Source: an uncultured Chloroflexia bacterium (GTDB lineage Bacteria; Chloroflexota; Limnocylindria; Limnocylindrales; CSP1-4). From it: a stretch of DNA of 64,000 nucleotides. Shown here in pieces: positions 39,110 through 47,501 of this stretch. The stretch covers positions 201,597 to 265,596 of the forward strand of contig CAVYIM010000007.1 in assembly GCA_963768655.1 (NCBI GenBank), given 5' to 3'. The position numbers were made by a program, and so were the translations under genes. The first letter of the stretch is position 1, and the number at the start of each line of letters is the position of its first letter. The notes beneath the pieces were generated by a model that worked only from the letters and a program-made list of their open reading frames with translations, was not told where the DNA came from and made no database searches.

Positions 39110-39206
39110 ACGCGCGACCGACACGTTTCGCGCCGTTTCGCCGTCGTTTTCCGCGCGGTGTGTGATGATGCCCGCGTCACTCGCAAAGTGGATCTGAGGA
39201 GTGCTG

Positions 39207-39809
39207 ATGGGGCGGTCGATTCTGGCGTCTGCGCTGGCTCTGTTTCTGGTCGTGGCGACAATCGCCGGGTGCGGGACCACGACACCCACACCCACGCCAT
39301 CCCCGAGCCCGAGCCCCAGTCCCACGCCCACTGCATCTGCGACGGCCACTCCGTCTCCGATCCTCTCCCCTACTCCGACCCCGTCGCCGACGCCCACCGT
39401 CAACCCGAATGCCTCTCCGACTCCTCTGCCGACCGGTGGCCCGGGAGCGTACTACGCGGTCAACAACTACGAGCAGGACCTGCTTGCCGGAAACTACGCG
39501 AAGGCTTGGGCGCTCCTCAGCAAGAGCAGCCAGAGCATGGCCAAATGGGGCACGCTCGCCGGCTTCACGAAAGAGCGGGCTGCCTTCCTGGCCACTGCCG
39601 GCACGGACTTCCAGGAAGAGTTGAGCCCTACCAACACGCTGACTCTGCGCCAGTGGATCGAGGGAGCCAACTGGATGTCGCAGATCGACCAGGCTCACGC
39701 CTACCTGGTCAGCGTCAAGTGGACCTCAATCACAACGGCCTACGCGGGTTGGGAGATCTGGGTGGTCAATCCCACCAAGACCGGCTGGCTCCTGTACGAG
39801 GCTCACTAG
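39207..39809 (+). CDS. Putative lipoprotein with a Pro/Thr linker
   Basis: GAGGAG RBS; signal peptide with IAGC lipobox; PT/PS linker; globular C-terminal domain. Confidence 0.75.
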   Translation: MGRSILASALALFLVVATIAGCGTTTPTPTPSPSPSPSPTPTASATATPSPILSPTPTPSPTPTVNPNASPTPLPTGGPGAYYAVNNYEQDLLAGNYAKAWALLSKSSQSMAKWGTLAGFTKERAAFLATAGTDFQEELSPTNTLTLRQWIEGANWMSQIDQAHAYLVSVKWTSITTAYAGWEIWVVNPTKTGWLLYEAH

Positions 39810-39828
39810 CCAACCCTTCGGTCGTGAG

Positions 39829-41691
39829 TCATGGTCTGCGGGCGGCGGTTTCCTCGGTCAGTCGATCGATGAACGCGTCCCAGGCGACGCCGTTCTCCTG
39901 CTCGCCGGCGCGGTTTCGGATCGCGACCGTGCGCGCTTCCACTTCCCGATCTCCGAGCACGAGCATGTACGGCACCTTCTGCTCCTGGGCCAGCCTGATC
40001 TTGTTCTGCATCCGGCTGTCGGAGTCGTCGACCTCCACGCGCAGCTTTCGCCCCTTGAGGAGGCCCGCCAGGTCGCGGGCCGCCTCGACGTGCCGATCGG
40101 CGATCGGGATCACCACGGCCTGTACCGGTGCGCACCACACCGGGAAGGCGCCCGCGAAATGCTCCACGAGCACGCCTATGAATCTCTCGAGCGAGCCGTA
40201 GATGGCCCGATGGATCGTCATCGGGCGGACGGCCTGGCCGTTCTCATCGATGTAGGTACAGTCGAATCGCTCGGGCAACATGACCAGATCGACCTGGATG
40301 GTGGCTGTCTGCCACTCCCGCCCCAACGCATCCTCGATCTGGATGTCGATCTTGGGGGCGTAGAACGCGCCGTCCTTCGGCTTGAGGCGGTACGGCTTGC
40401 CGAGCGAATCGAGAGCGGCCTTGATCTGCGCCTCTGCCGTCTCCCACAGGGCAGGGTCGCCGAGCGCCTTGTCGGGCCTGGTGCCGAAGGTGAACTTGGG
40501 CTCGAGGCCGAACCAGCCGTAGACCTCGTAGACCTCGCCCAACAGGGCCTTGATCTCGTCCTGGAGCTGGTCGGGCCGGAGGTAGATGTGGGCGTCGTCC
40601 TGGACGAAATGGCGGACACGGGTAAGGCCCGAGAGCGTGCCCGATCGTTCGTTTCGATGCAGTCGGCCGAAGTCCGAGTAGCGGAGCGGCAGGTCGCGGT
40701 AGGAGCGCAGCTTGCTCCTGTAGATGAACGTGCTTTCGGGACAGTTCATCGGCTTGAGGCTGAAGGTCTGACCCTCGGACTCGAGGATGAACATGTTGTC
40801 CTTGTAGTTGGCCCAGTGCCCCGACTGCTCCCACAGCTTCTTGTGGACGAGAAGCGGCGTGCTGACCTCCTGGTAGCCGCGGCGGTCCTGGACCTCGCGA
40901 ATGGCCGTTTCCAGCGTTCGCCAGAGTCGCTGACCCTTTGGGTGCCAGAAAGCCGACCCGGGGCTGACGTCGTGGAAGCTGAAGAGGTCGAGCTGGACAC
41001 CGAGCCGGCGATGATCGCGCCGCTTTGCCTCCTCGCGGCGGTGAAGATAGGCCTCCAGCTCCCCCTGAGTCGGCCATACGGTGCCGTAGATGCGCTGCAG
41101 CATCGGCCGCTTCTCGGAGCCGCGCCAGTACGCGCCCGCCACGGTCATGAGCTTGAACGGGCCGATCTTGCCCGTGCTGGCGACGTGGGGGCCCTTGCAG
41201 AGATCGATGAAGAGACCGTGCTGGTAGGTGGAGGTCGGAGGAAGCGGTGTGCCGGCCTCCGTGGATCGGGCGGCCAGGTCGTCTAGGATTTCGACCTTGA
41301 AGGGCTGCTCACGAGCTTCGAAGAAGGCGCGGCCTTCCTCGAACGGAATCTCCTTGCGGACGAAGGCGTTGTCGGCGGCGATCGAGGCACGCATCCCGCT
41401 CTCTATTGCGGCGAGGTCGTCGGGGGTCAGGGGGCGAGGCAGCAGGAAGTCGTAGTAGAAGCCGTCTTCGATCGACGGCCCGATCCCGAGCTGAGCGTCC
41501 GGGAACAGTGCCACGACCGCCTCGGCCATCACATGGGCCGCCGAATGGCGCATCGCGTCCAGATCGGAGTGGGCGCCGGCGTCGAGGAGTTCATCCACGG
41601 AGCCGCGGTCGACCGCGTCGAAGAACTCCTCTGGCTCTGCGGGCTCGGCTCCGCCCGACTGAGCCGCCTGGATCTCCTGATCGTTGCTCAT
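39829..41691 (-). CDS. thrS: Threonine--tRNA ligase
   Basis: RHSAAH, DLCKGPH, RDHRRLG, KPMNCP, RNERSG, GAFYAPKID, HRAIYGSLERF. Confidence 0.98.
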   Translation of the reverse strand: MSNDQEIQAAQSGGAEPAEPEEFFDAVDRGSVDELLDAGAHSDLDAMRHSAAHVMAEAVVALFPDAQLGIGPSIEDGFYYDFLLPRPLTPDDLAAIESGMRASIAADNAFVRKEIPFEEGRAFFEAREQPFKVEILDDLAARSTEAGTPLPPTSTYQHGLFIDLCKGPHVASTGKIGPFKLMTVAGAYWRGSEKRPMLQRIYGTVWPTQGELEAYLHRREEAKRRDHRRLGVQLDLFSFHDVSPGSAFWHPKGQRLWRTLETAIREVQDRRGYQEVSTPLLVHKKLWEQSGHWANYKDNMFILESEGQTFSLKPMNCPESTFIYRSKLRSYRDLPLRYSDFGRLHRNERSGTLSGLTRVRHFVQDDAHIYLRPDQLQDEIKALLGEVYEVYGWFGLEPKFTFGTRPDKALGDPALWETAEAQIKAALDSLGKPYRLKPKDGAFYAPKIDIQIEDALGREWQTATIQVDLVMLPERFDCTYIDENGQAVRPMTIHRAIYGSLERFIGVLVEHFAGAFPVWCAPVQAVVIPIADRHVEAARDLAGLLKGRKLRVEVDDSDSRMQNKIRLAQEQKVPYMLVLGDREVEARTVAIRNRAGEQENGVAWDAFIDRLTEETAARRP

Positions 41692-41732
41692 CCTGTCAGC
41701 CCGCCTTTGCTATCAAACCGGCGTTAGCGATC

Positions 41733-41985
41733 GAAACACAAAGCCTCCCGTCCGACAGGACGAGAGGCTTCTCTCGCGGTTCCACCCGCCTTCGCGCCGC
41801 CCACGGTCAATCCGCCGGCGCCGCGCGCTCATGCCGCTCTCACGGGCGGATCCCGGGCCGGTTCCCCGGCCGCTCACGGTTGGTGCCAGCGCCGGCGACG
41901 ATCGTCATCGATCTCAGCGGTGGCGATGCCACCTCGACGACTCTCTTGGATCCTGCCGGCGAAGCGTGTCCCGCTCGTCGCTTTG
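41733..41985 (-). ncRNA. T-box riboswitch (Thr)
   Basis: AAGAGAG and GCTGAGA stem I motifs; ACC specifier (41882-41884); AAGGCGGGTGGAACCGCG T-box (41775-41792); terminator agcctctcgtc-ctgtcg-gacgggaggct followed by ttgtgttt. Confidence 0.92.
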
Positions 41986-42023
41986 GATATGCAGTTTCCG
42001 GGGCGCCGCCTGGGCAGCCTCGA

Positions 42024-42100
42024 TGGTGGGCGGTAGAGGACTTGAACCTCTGGCCTCATGCATGTCAAGCATGCGCTCTAACCAACTGAGCTAACCGCCC
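42024..42100 (-). tRNA. tRNA-Val(GAC)
   Basis: Full cloverleaf: GGGCGGT/ACCGCCC acceptor, CATGC-TTGACAT-GCATG anticodon arm, AGAGG-TTCAAGT-CCTCT T arm, encoded CCA. Confidence 0.97.
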
Positions 42101-42154
42101 GGGTGCGCGGCGGATCGTAGCACAGGCGGTCGCGGCGAGCGGGCCGAGTACTAA

Positions 42155-42667
42155 CTAAGGCAGCGCTTCAGATGCCAACACAGCCCTCGCCATTCGGCTT
42201 CCACCGACTAACGGCCCAAGGAGTGCCGAAGCGGCCGCGAGCCACGTGATGAGCGTCCATTCGCCAAGAGGGTTCAGGAGAAGCAAGGCGAGGAGGGCCA
42301 GAGCCAGATAGGTTCCGTCGACACACAGAAGGAGGCCAAGCGCCGACCGCTTGAGCCAATTGACAACACCGATCAGGTCGCCTACGGCGATAGCCAACGC
42401 AGCCACTGCAACCAAGGCCCACAGGCCATAGAAGAACACATCTACGCCGCAGGCATTTCCAGCCCCGAAGAACCACTCGACCGCATCAGCGATTGTGAGG
42501 TTCCCGGGTCCTGGTCGGCCGCACAGCTGTCCGGGCCCAGGGTCAACCGCGACACCGCCAGGAGTGACAAGTGCCCAGACAAGCACGCCGGCGACTAGCA
42601 CGAGCGAGGCGATGGCGGCCATGTGGGATAGCGTCCCCAAGGCCCGCGCCGCTCGCAGCCACTTCAT
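42155..42667 (-). CDS. Hypothetical multi-pass membrane protein (170 aa)
   Basis: GGGAGGG RBS, ATG 42667; about 4 hydrophobic segments; two Cys in the first loop; more A/T-rich codons than the flanking housekeeping genes. Confidence 0.65.
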   Translation of the reverse strand: MKWLRAARALGTLSHMAAIASLVLVAGVLVWALVTPGGVAVDPGPGQLCGRPGPGNLTIADAVEWFFGAGNACGVDVFFYGLWALVAVAALAIAVGDLIGVVNWLKRSALGLLLCVDGTYLALALLALLLLNPLGEWTLITWLAAASALLGPLVGGSRMARAVLASEALP

Positions 42668-42781
42668 CTCAGGCGCCCTCCCCGTTCGTGCCGTCGACCT
42701 GCGAACACAATAATCGACGGGCCTTCGCTCGCCCGATCCGTGCGTGAATTGGCGTCTGGCTACACCGCTCGGGGGCTCAAC

Positions 42782-42823
42782 GCATGTCAAGCTCTAACCA
42801 ACTGAGCTAACCGCCCGGGTGCG
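42782..42823 (-). repeat. Truncated copy of the tRNA-Val 5' half plus upstream flank (6-nt deletion)
   Basis: Identical to 42060-42107 except for loss of atgcgc; the match ends just past the anticodon loop. Confidence 0.9.
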
Positions 42824-42929
42824 GGGCGCATCATAACGCATCAGCCTGTGGCGGGGCTGACGCCGGAGCCGCTCGGGCGGACGGCCTGACACTCGGGCTG
42901 AGGGCGAGGATGCGCCGGACGTCGATCTG

Positions 42930-43988
42930 TCACCCAAGCCAGACCTGGCCCTCCGCCCGTGTGAACGGAGCGGCCGAGTCGGTCTCCTTCGACCAGCCCG
43001 AACCGCTTCGAACGTAGGTGAGCTCATGAATACCCGCCACAACGCCGCTCGCGTCCTCTGTGCCGGAAAGCATGGCCAGGCGCGAACCGTCGGCGCTCAG
43101 GGCCAGATCCCAGACAACCTGCGACGGTTCGAGCGACGCCGCGGTGGGCGGCTCCTTGCCCCCCAGCCAATCGGCGACGGGCGCCACGTAGACCGCTGAC
43201 TCCGTTGCCGCAGCGAGGCTCTCGCGATCCGGCGACAGGGCGAAGACACGCACGCCCCCCAACCCGCCCAGGAGAAGGATCGTGCGCTTTGCGGTATCGA
43301 CGACCGCGAGACGTGGGATCTGGCGGGCGTCGTCCGATATCACCGCCAGCCGTTGAGAGTCGATCCATGCGACTGATGGACCAAACGGTGAATCCGGCGC
43401 CGGCAGGAGCTCGACGGTCGACCCATCCGTTGCGACCACACGGAATGCCAGTCCACCCGAAGCTGAGACTGCGATCGCCGTCACGCCGGCGTCCGAGCGA
43501 TCCACACCGACGATCGTTCCGTCGAGCGGCTGGTTGCCCGAACGAGGCGATATCGTCGCCACGGTGGTCTGTGGGCTGGCGTCGGCTCGCAATTCAAGCG
43601 ATCCACCCATTCCCAGGACGAGTGTCTGTCCGTCTCGAGCCAGTGCGGTAGCCTCCGGCAGCGGCCATCGCGGGGCCCAGGTCCCGCCCGTATACGTCCA
43701 CAGCCCGACGCCACCCTGGACCCCATCGGCAAGCACGAGCAGCTGCGGTGCCGGCACGCCCGTGGCGACCGGCGACCCCGAAACCGTGGCTTCGGTCGGG
43801 TCGGTTGGACGAATGGAGACGGCAGTGGTCGCTGGAGGCGCGACGCTACCGCTGGCTGTGCCGCCAGATGTGCCCACGCCCGCGGCGCAGCCGGTCGCCG
43901 CCACGGAGAGGCAGAACGCGACTGGAACCAACTGGCGACTCAGCGTGGCTGCGAGTTCCTTGATACGGGTACGCGAACCGTGGATCAT
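42930..43988 (-). CDS. Hypothetical lipoprotein-like protein, probable beta-propeller
   Basis: AAAGGGGG RBS, ATG 43988; hydrophobic segment ending ATGC; S/T/P linker; repeats such as VAWID, FALSPDRE and LALSADGSRL. Confidence 0.7.
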   Translation of the reverse strand: MIHGSRTRIKELAATLSRQLVPVAFCLSVAATGCAAGVGTSGGTASGSVAPPATTAVSIRPTDPTEATVSGSPVATGVPAPQLLVLADGVQGGVGLWTYTGGTWAPRWPLPEATALARDGQTLVLGMGGSLELRADASPQTTVATISPRSGNQPLDGTIVGVDRSDAGVTAIAVSASGGLAFRVVATDGSTVELLPAPDSPFGPSVAWIDSQRLAVISDDARQIPRLAVVDTAKRTILLLGGLGGVRVFALSPDRESLAAATESAVYVAPVADWLGGKEPPTAASLEPSQVVWDLALSADGSRLAMLSGTEDASGVVAGIHELTYVRSGSGWSKETDSAAPFTRAEGQVWLG

Positions 43989-44085
43989 GTGATCCCCCTT
44001 TCTGAGGCGGCCCGCGCCCGCCCAACCGGACGGCCGCGGGCCGCCGAATGGTGGGGTTGCCATCACTGGCCGAACCCCATCGCCT

Positions 44086-45009
44086 TCACTCCACGAAATC
44101 TCCACCGATGATGGTGCCGTCGCCGGCATCGATGAAGATGCTCATCAGCCAGACGTAGTTGGCCGCGTCGCCGGAGGGCTTCACTTCGCTCACCCAGGCG
44201 AGCCTGTACGGTGCCTCGGAGGCGCTGATCCCGGCCGGATCGAACGCCGCATTGGGCCCGACCCACTCCAGGTCGAGCTTCTGGATCGCATATCCCGAGT
44301 TCCGGCCGGCGAACCAGCGGTTGAGGTTCGTTGCCGCGATCTGGCGGGCCGTCTCCGAAGGAATCGAGCTGAGCGGCGCAGCAGCCAGCTCGTGCTCCGC
44401 ACGGGCCACACTCTCGATGCGCCCGTCGGGCCAAACCTGGACGCGAGTCTCGTCGCCACGCACCCGGACACCGTCCTGCGTGCGAGCCCAATGCACCGTC
44501 CACCCGCCCGTTGCCTGATCGGCCTCGGTCGAGGTGGGAGTTCCTACGCCAAGGCCGGCCGCCAGGACTGACTTCTGGGCCGATCTCACGGCGCTGTCCT
44601 GGGTGATTCGAAGGCCCGCCGCAGGGGCGGCATCCAATCGAACCGCGGCCCGCAAACGTCCCTTCGAATCGAACTGAGTGACCGACTCGACGTCGCCTGC
44701 GGAGTCGAGCTCGGTGACCTCGTCGTACTCGGCGTCTTCAAAGCCATCAAGCACGTGACGACCGACGCGTTTGACGCCCACCGGGAAGCCCAACGCCTCG
44801 CGCGCCAGGCCCTCGCGGGCGAGCAGCACCGCGTCGGTATTCGCGTCCAGGGCGGCCTCGACTCGAGACGGATTCCCGATGGTTTCGCCCGGCGAGTCAG
44901 GCGACCTGGGAGCCGCCTCGATGCGGCCCGCCGATACGGCAACGCACATCAGAGCTATCACGCCCAGGGCCAGGGAGGATCTTGCGTTCTTGATGATGGA
45001 GGCTCGCAT
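44086..45009 (-). CDS. Secreted protein with a C-terminal PepSY-like segment
   Basis: Signal peptide MRASIIKNARSSLALGVIALMCVAVSA; C-terminal YRLAWVSEV...IFIDAGDGTIIGG; starts 5 nt after the upstream stop. Confidence 0.65.
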   Translation of the reverse strand: MRASIIKNARSSLALGVIALMCVAVSAGRIEAAPRSPDSPGETIGNPSRVEAALDANTDAVLLAREGLAREALGFPVGVKRVGRHVLDGFEDAEYDEVTELDSAGDVESVTQFDSKGRLRAAVRLDAAPAAGLRITQDSAVRSAQKSVLAAGLGVGTPTSTEADQATGGWTVHWARTQDGVRVRGDETRVQVWPDGRIESVARAEHELAAAPLSSIPSETARQIAATNLNRWFAGRNSGYAIQKLDLEWVGPNAAFDPAGISASEAPYRLAWVSEVKPSGDAANYVWLMSIFIDAGDGTIIGGDFVE

Positions 45010-45014
45010 TTCCG

Positions 45015-45784
45015 TCACCTCGACACCGGCCGCATAGGCGTGCCGCTGTAGTAGGGATCGCCCCACCAGTTGGCCTGGAAGGGCTCGCTTGAACTGACGT
45101 CTCTCGTAGCCGCCAATCCCTGAGGCATAGGCAAAAGCGGCGGAAAGCGTCCGGGATCCTGGAGTCCCACCGTTCGCGTAGCTCCAGAAGGCCTTCTCGA
45201 AACGCAAGACTGGAGCTGTCCCAGGTGTGATAGACGTAGCCGAGGTAGAACTCGTAGTCGGTGGCCTGCTTCGTCTTCTCTATCTGGAACGCGGCCGGCA
45301 TCGTGCTGGAATTCGAGCCCAGCATGCAGGTCGACATGATGACGATGTTGTAGAACGAGCCCTGGGTGGCGGCCTTGATTGAGCTCGCCCTGATGATGTC
45401 CTTCGAGGAGTTGCACTTCCCCGCGCCGGGATCCTGGAGGAACCCGGAGTCGATGTTCGGTGCACCGCTCGCTGCCCAGTAGTTGTCGCCGTGGCTGTGG
45501 ACGTACACGGCCCAATCGTTGAGAACGTCGCCCAGGACGGCAGCGCGGGTGAACCCAGGTCCCAGGGCTCCCGCCACCGGGGCGAAGCCCAGCTTGCCGA
45601 GCTGCGTGACGGTCAGGCTGTAGAGCTGCTGTGGATAGGTGTCGTTCACACCCAGGCACCCGACCTTGAACGCGTCCGAGTTGGACCACACATGGGCGTC
45701 GTAGGTGGCGGCAGCCTGACCTGGCGCCGCGATCGTGGAGGCCGCGACGGCCATCGAAACGAGACACATGAATGCTCGTTTCAT
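45015..45784 (-). CDS. Secreted putative clan CD (caspase/gingipain-fold, DUF6345-like) cysteine peptidase, with two +1 frameshifts
   Basis: GGGAGGAG RBS, ATG 45784, signal peptide; WAVYVHSHG and IVIMSTC dyad motifs. Stitching three frames (shifts near 45206 and 45092-45116) gives a continuous 255-aa ORF ending NWWGDPYYSGTPMRPVSR. Confidence 0.6.
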
Positions 45785-45992
45785 GAAATCTCCTCCCATT
45801 CCGGCGGGCGGATCGATTTGCCGGCGGCGGGTCGAGGCGGGCGGGAAGCTGAGCGGCTGGATGACAGGCCGGCGGAACACCTCCTTCGCGGGCGAGCGCG
45901 TCACCGTCCAAGGGGCGATGTCCGGCCCTGGCGCCGGTGGGCCCGCCCCCTCGTGCACCCTTACCAGGGCAGGCCCAACGTGCGACGGCGGG

Positions 45993-46025
45993 ACTCTACC
46001 CTCGACCGCTTATCAGCGGCTTATC
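45993..46025 (-). promoter_or_regulatory. -10 (TAGAGT) with GATAAGC-N4-GATAAGC direct repeat replacing -35
   Basis: 7-bp perfect repeats with an 11-bp period at 46008-46014 and 46019-46025, 9 nt upstream of the -10. Confidence 0.5.
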
Positions 46026-46069
46026 CGGTGATTTGCCCCGGCCGTCCACGGCCGCCCGCGGGCGCCGTC

Positions 46070-47476
46070 TCAGTCGCGCGGCCCAGCGCTCGCCGCACTG
46101 TCCCAGCGCGCCTTCCCAGTCCCATCGTGCGCCATCTTCTCGTAGCGAACAGGGCCGCCTCGGAGGGCGAGGTTCAGCAGCGCCCGCGGCACGACAGCGA
46201 GCCAGAGCGCGTTGAAGAGTGAAACTCGCAGGGCGCGCCGGGCGCGCTCTGCCCCACCCAGCGCCCCGCCGCCGGCCCCCGTCTCCCAGCGAAGAGCGTC
46301 CCAACCAAGGCCCGCGCTGACACCGAGGTAGCCGCCCAGAAGCGCGACCAGCGACCGTCTGCGGCCCCGCACCACGCTCGCGGCTGCGGCGCCGGCGACG
46401 ACGGTTGGCACGGCAAGCTGGCCGACGTAGGCGACGAAATCCAGCCGCGACCGGGCCGCCAGGCGCGCGCTGGAGATAACGGCCGGTCCGTGCTCGAAGG
46501 CGCGCCTGAAGCCTCCCTCCGCCCAGCGAAGGCGCTGTCGCCAGAGCCCTCTGATCGTCCGGACCGGCTCCTCCCAGACCTCCGCGTCGATCGCCCACGC
46601 GACTCGCTCGCCAGTGATCGAAGCCAGTCGACTGGAGAGGTCGATGTCCTCGGTCAGCGCCGTCGCGCTCCAGCCGCCCGCCGCTGCGAGCAACTCGCGC
46701 CTGATCATGATCCCGTCGCCGCGGAACTCCGAGCAGCCGCCCATCGCCCAGCGACCTCGGTTCAGCTCGCCGTCCATGGTCTGTTCATCAGCCTGAGCGC
46801 CGGCCAGCCAGCCGGAGTCGGCGTCCAGAATGCGGCGCCTGGCGGTGACTGCGTTCGCGCCGGCCGCGAAGTAGCCCGCGGCTCGCCGCAAGAACCACGG
46901 TTCGATCCTCGCGTCGGCATCGAGAACGAGGATCACCTGTCCGCGGCAGACGTCAGGCTGGGCGGCCGTCAGCGCGGCCCCTTTCCCGTCCGGGAGTCCG
47001 TCGCCGTCGCGCCGGATCACGCGCGTCACGCTCTCGATCCCGAACTGCCGAGCCGCGGCCACCACGACCTCGCCGCTGCCGTCGCGGGAACGATCGTCGA
47101 CCACGATCAGCTCGAACAGCGGCTCTCCTGCCGCCGAACGGTAGTTCTGGCCGGCCAGGTCGCGCACTATGCGCGGCAGCACTGTGGCTTCGTCGCGCGC
47201 TCCGACCAGCACGGTAAAGGTGGGCGGGGACGCCAGCGTCTCGAAAGCCTCCGCGGCCGCTTCCGGGGGGATAGGTGGCCGCCGCGTCGCGATCGCCACG
47301 GGCACCGCGCAGCCGATGGCCACGCCGGCAGTGCCGAGCGCGGCGAGCCTGCCAAGCCGATGCCCGCTCCCGACGTACCCGACGGCCGCTCCGCCTGCGA
47401 GGATGCCCGCTGCCGCCACCCGCCAGGCGAGGGGCGTGGTGCGTGACTCCTTCGGCGCCGGCGCGCGGACGGTCAC
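46070..47476 (-). CDS. Family 2 glycosyltransferase (processive, membrane-bound)
   Basis: VDDRSRDG, GKGAAL, LDAD, TED, QRLRW motifs; N- and C-terminal TMs. Confidence 0.9.
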   Translation of the reverse strand: MTVRAPAPKESRTTPLAWRVAAAGILAGGAAVGYVGSGHRLGRLAALGTAGVAIGCAVPVAIATRRPPIPPEAAAEAFETLASPPTFTVLVGARDEATVLPRIVRDLAGQNYRSAAGEPLFELIVVDDRSRDGSGEVVVAAARQFGIESVTRVIRRDGDGLPDGKGAALTAAQPDVCRGQVILVLDADARIEPWFLRRAAGYFAAGANAVTARRRILDADSGWLAGAQADEQTMDGELNRGRWAMGGCSEFRGDGIMIRRELLAAAGGWSATALTEDIDLSSRLASITGERVAWAIDAEVWEEPVRTIRGLWRQRLRWAEGGFRRAFEHGPAVISSARLAARSRLDFVAYVGQLAVPTVVAGAAAASVVRGRRRSLVALLGGYLGVSAGLGWDALRWETGAGGGALGGAERARRALRVSLFNALWLAVVPRALLNLALRGGPVRYEKMAHDGTGKARWDSAASAGPRD

Positions 47477-47501
47477 GCCGTCCGTCCCGCTGCGCGGCCT
47501 G

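Noticed and set aside
38939-39403. - strand ORF with [10 protein letters not shown] repeats
   Set aside because: Reverse-complement reading of the Pro/Thr linker of the + strand lipoprotein; the same applies to 26486-26968.
42100-46070. Prophage or ICE at tRNA-Val
   Set aside because: No integrase, recombinase, transposase or phage structural gene; only a scar-like repeat is supported.
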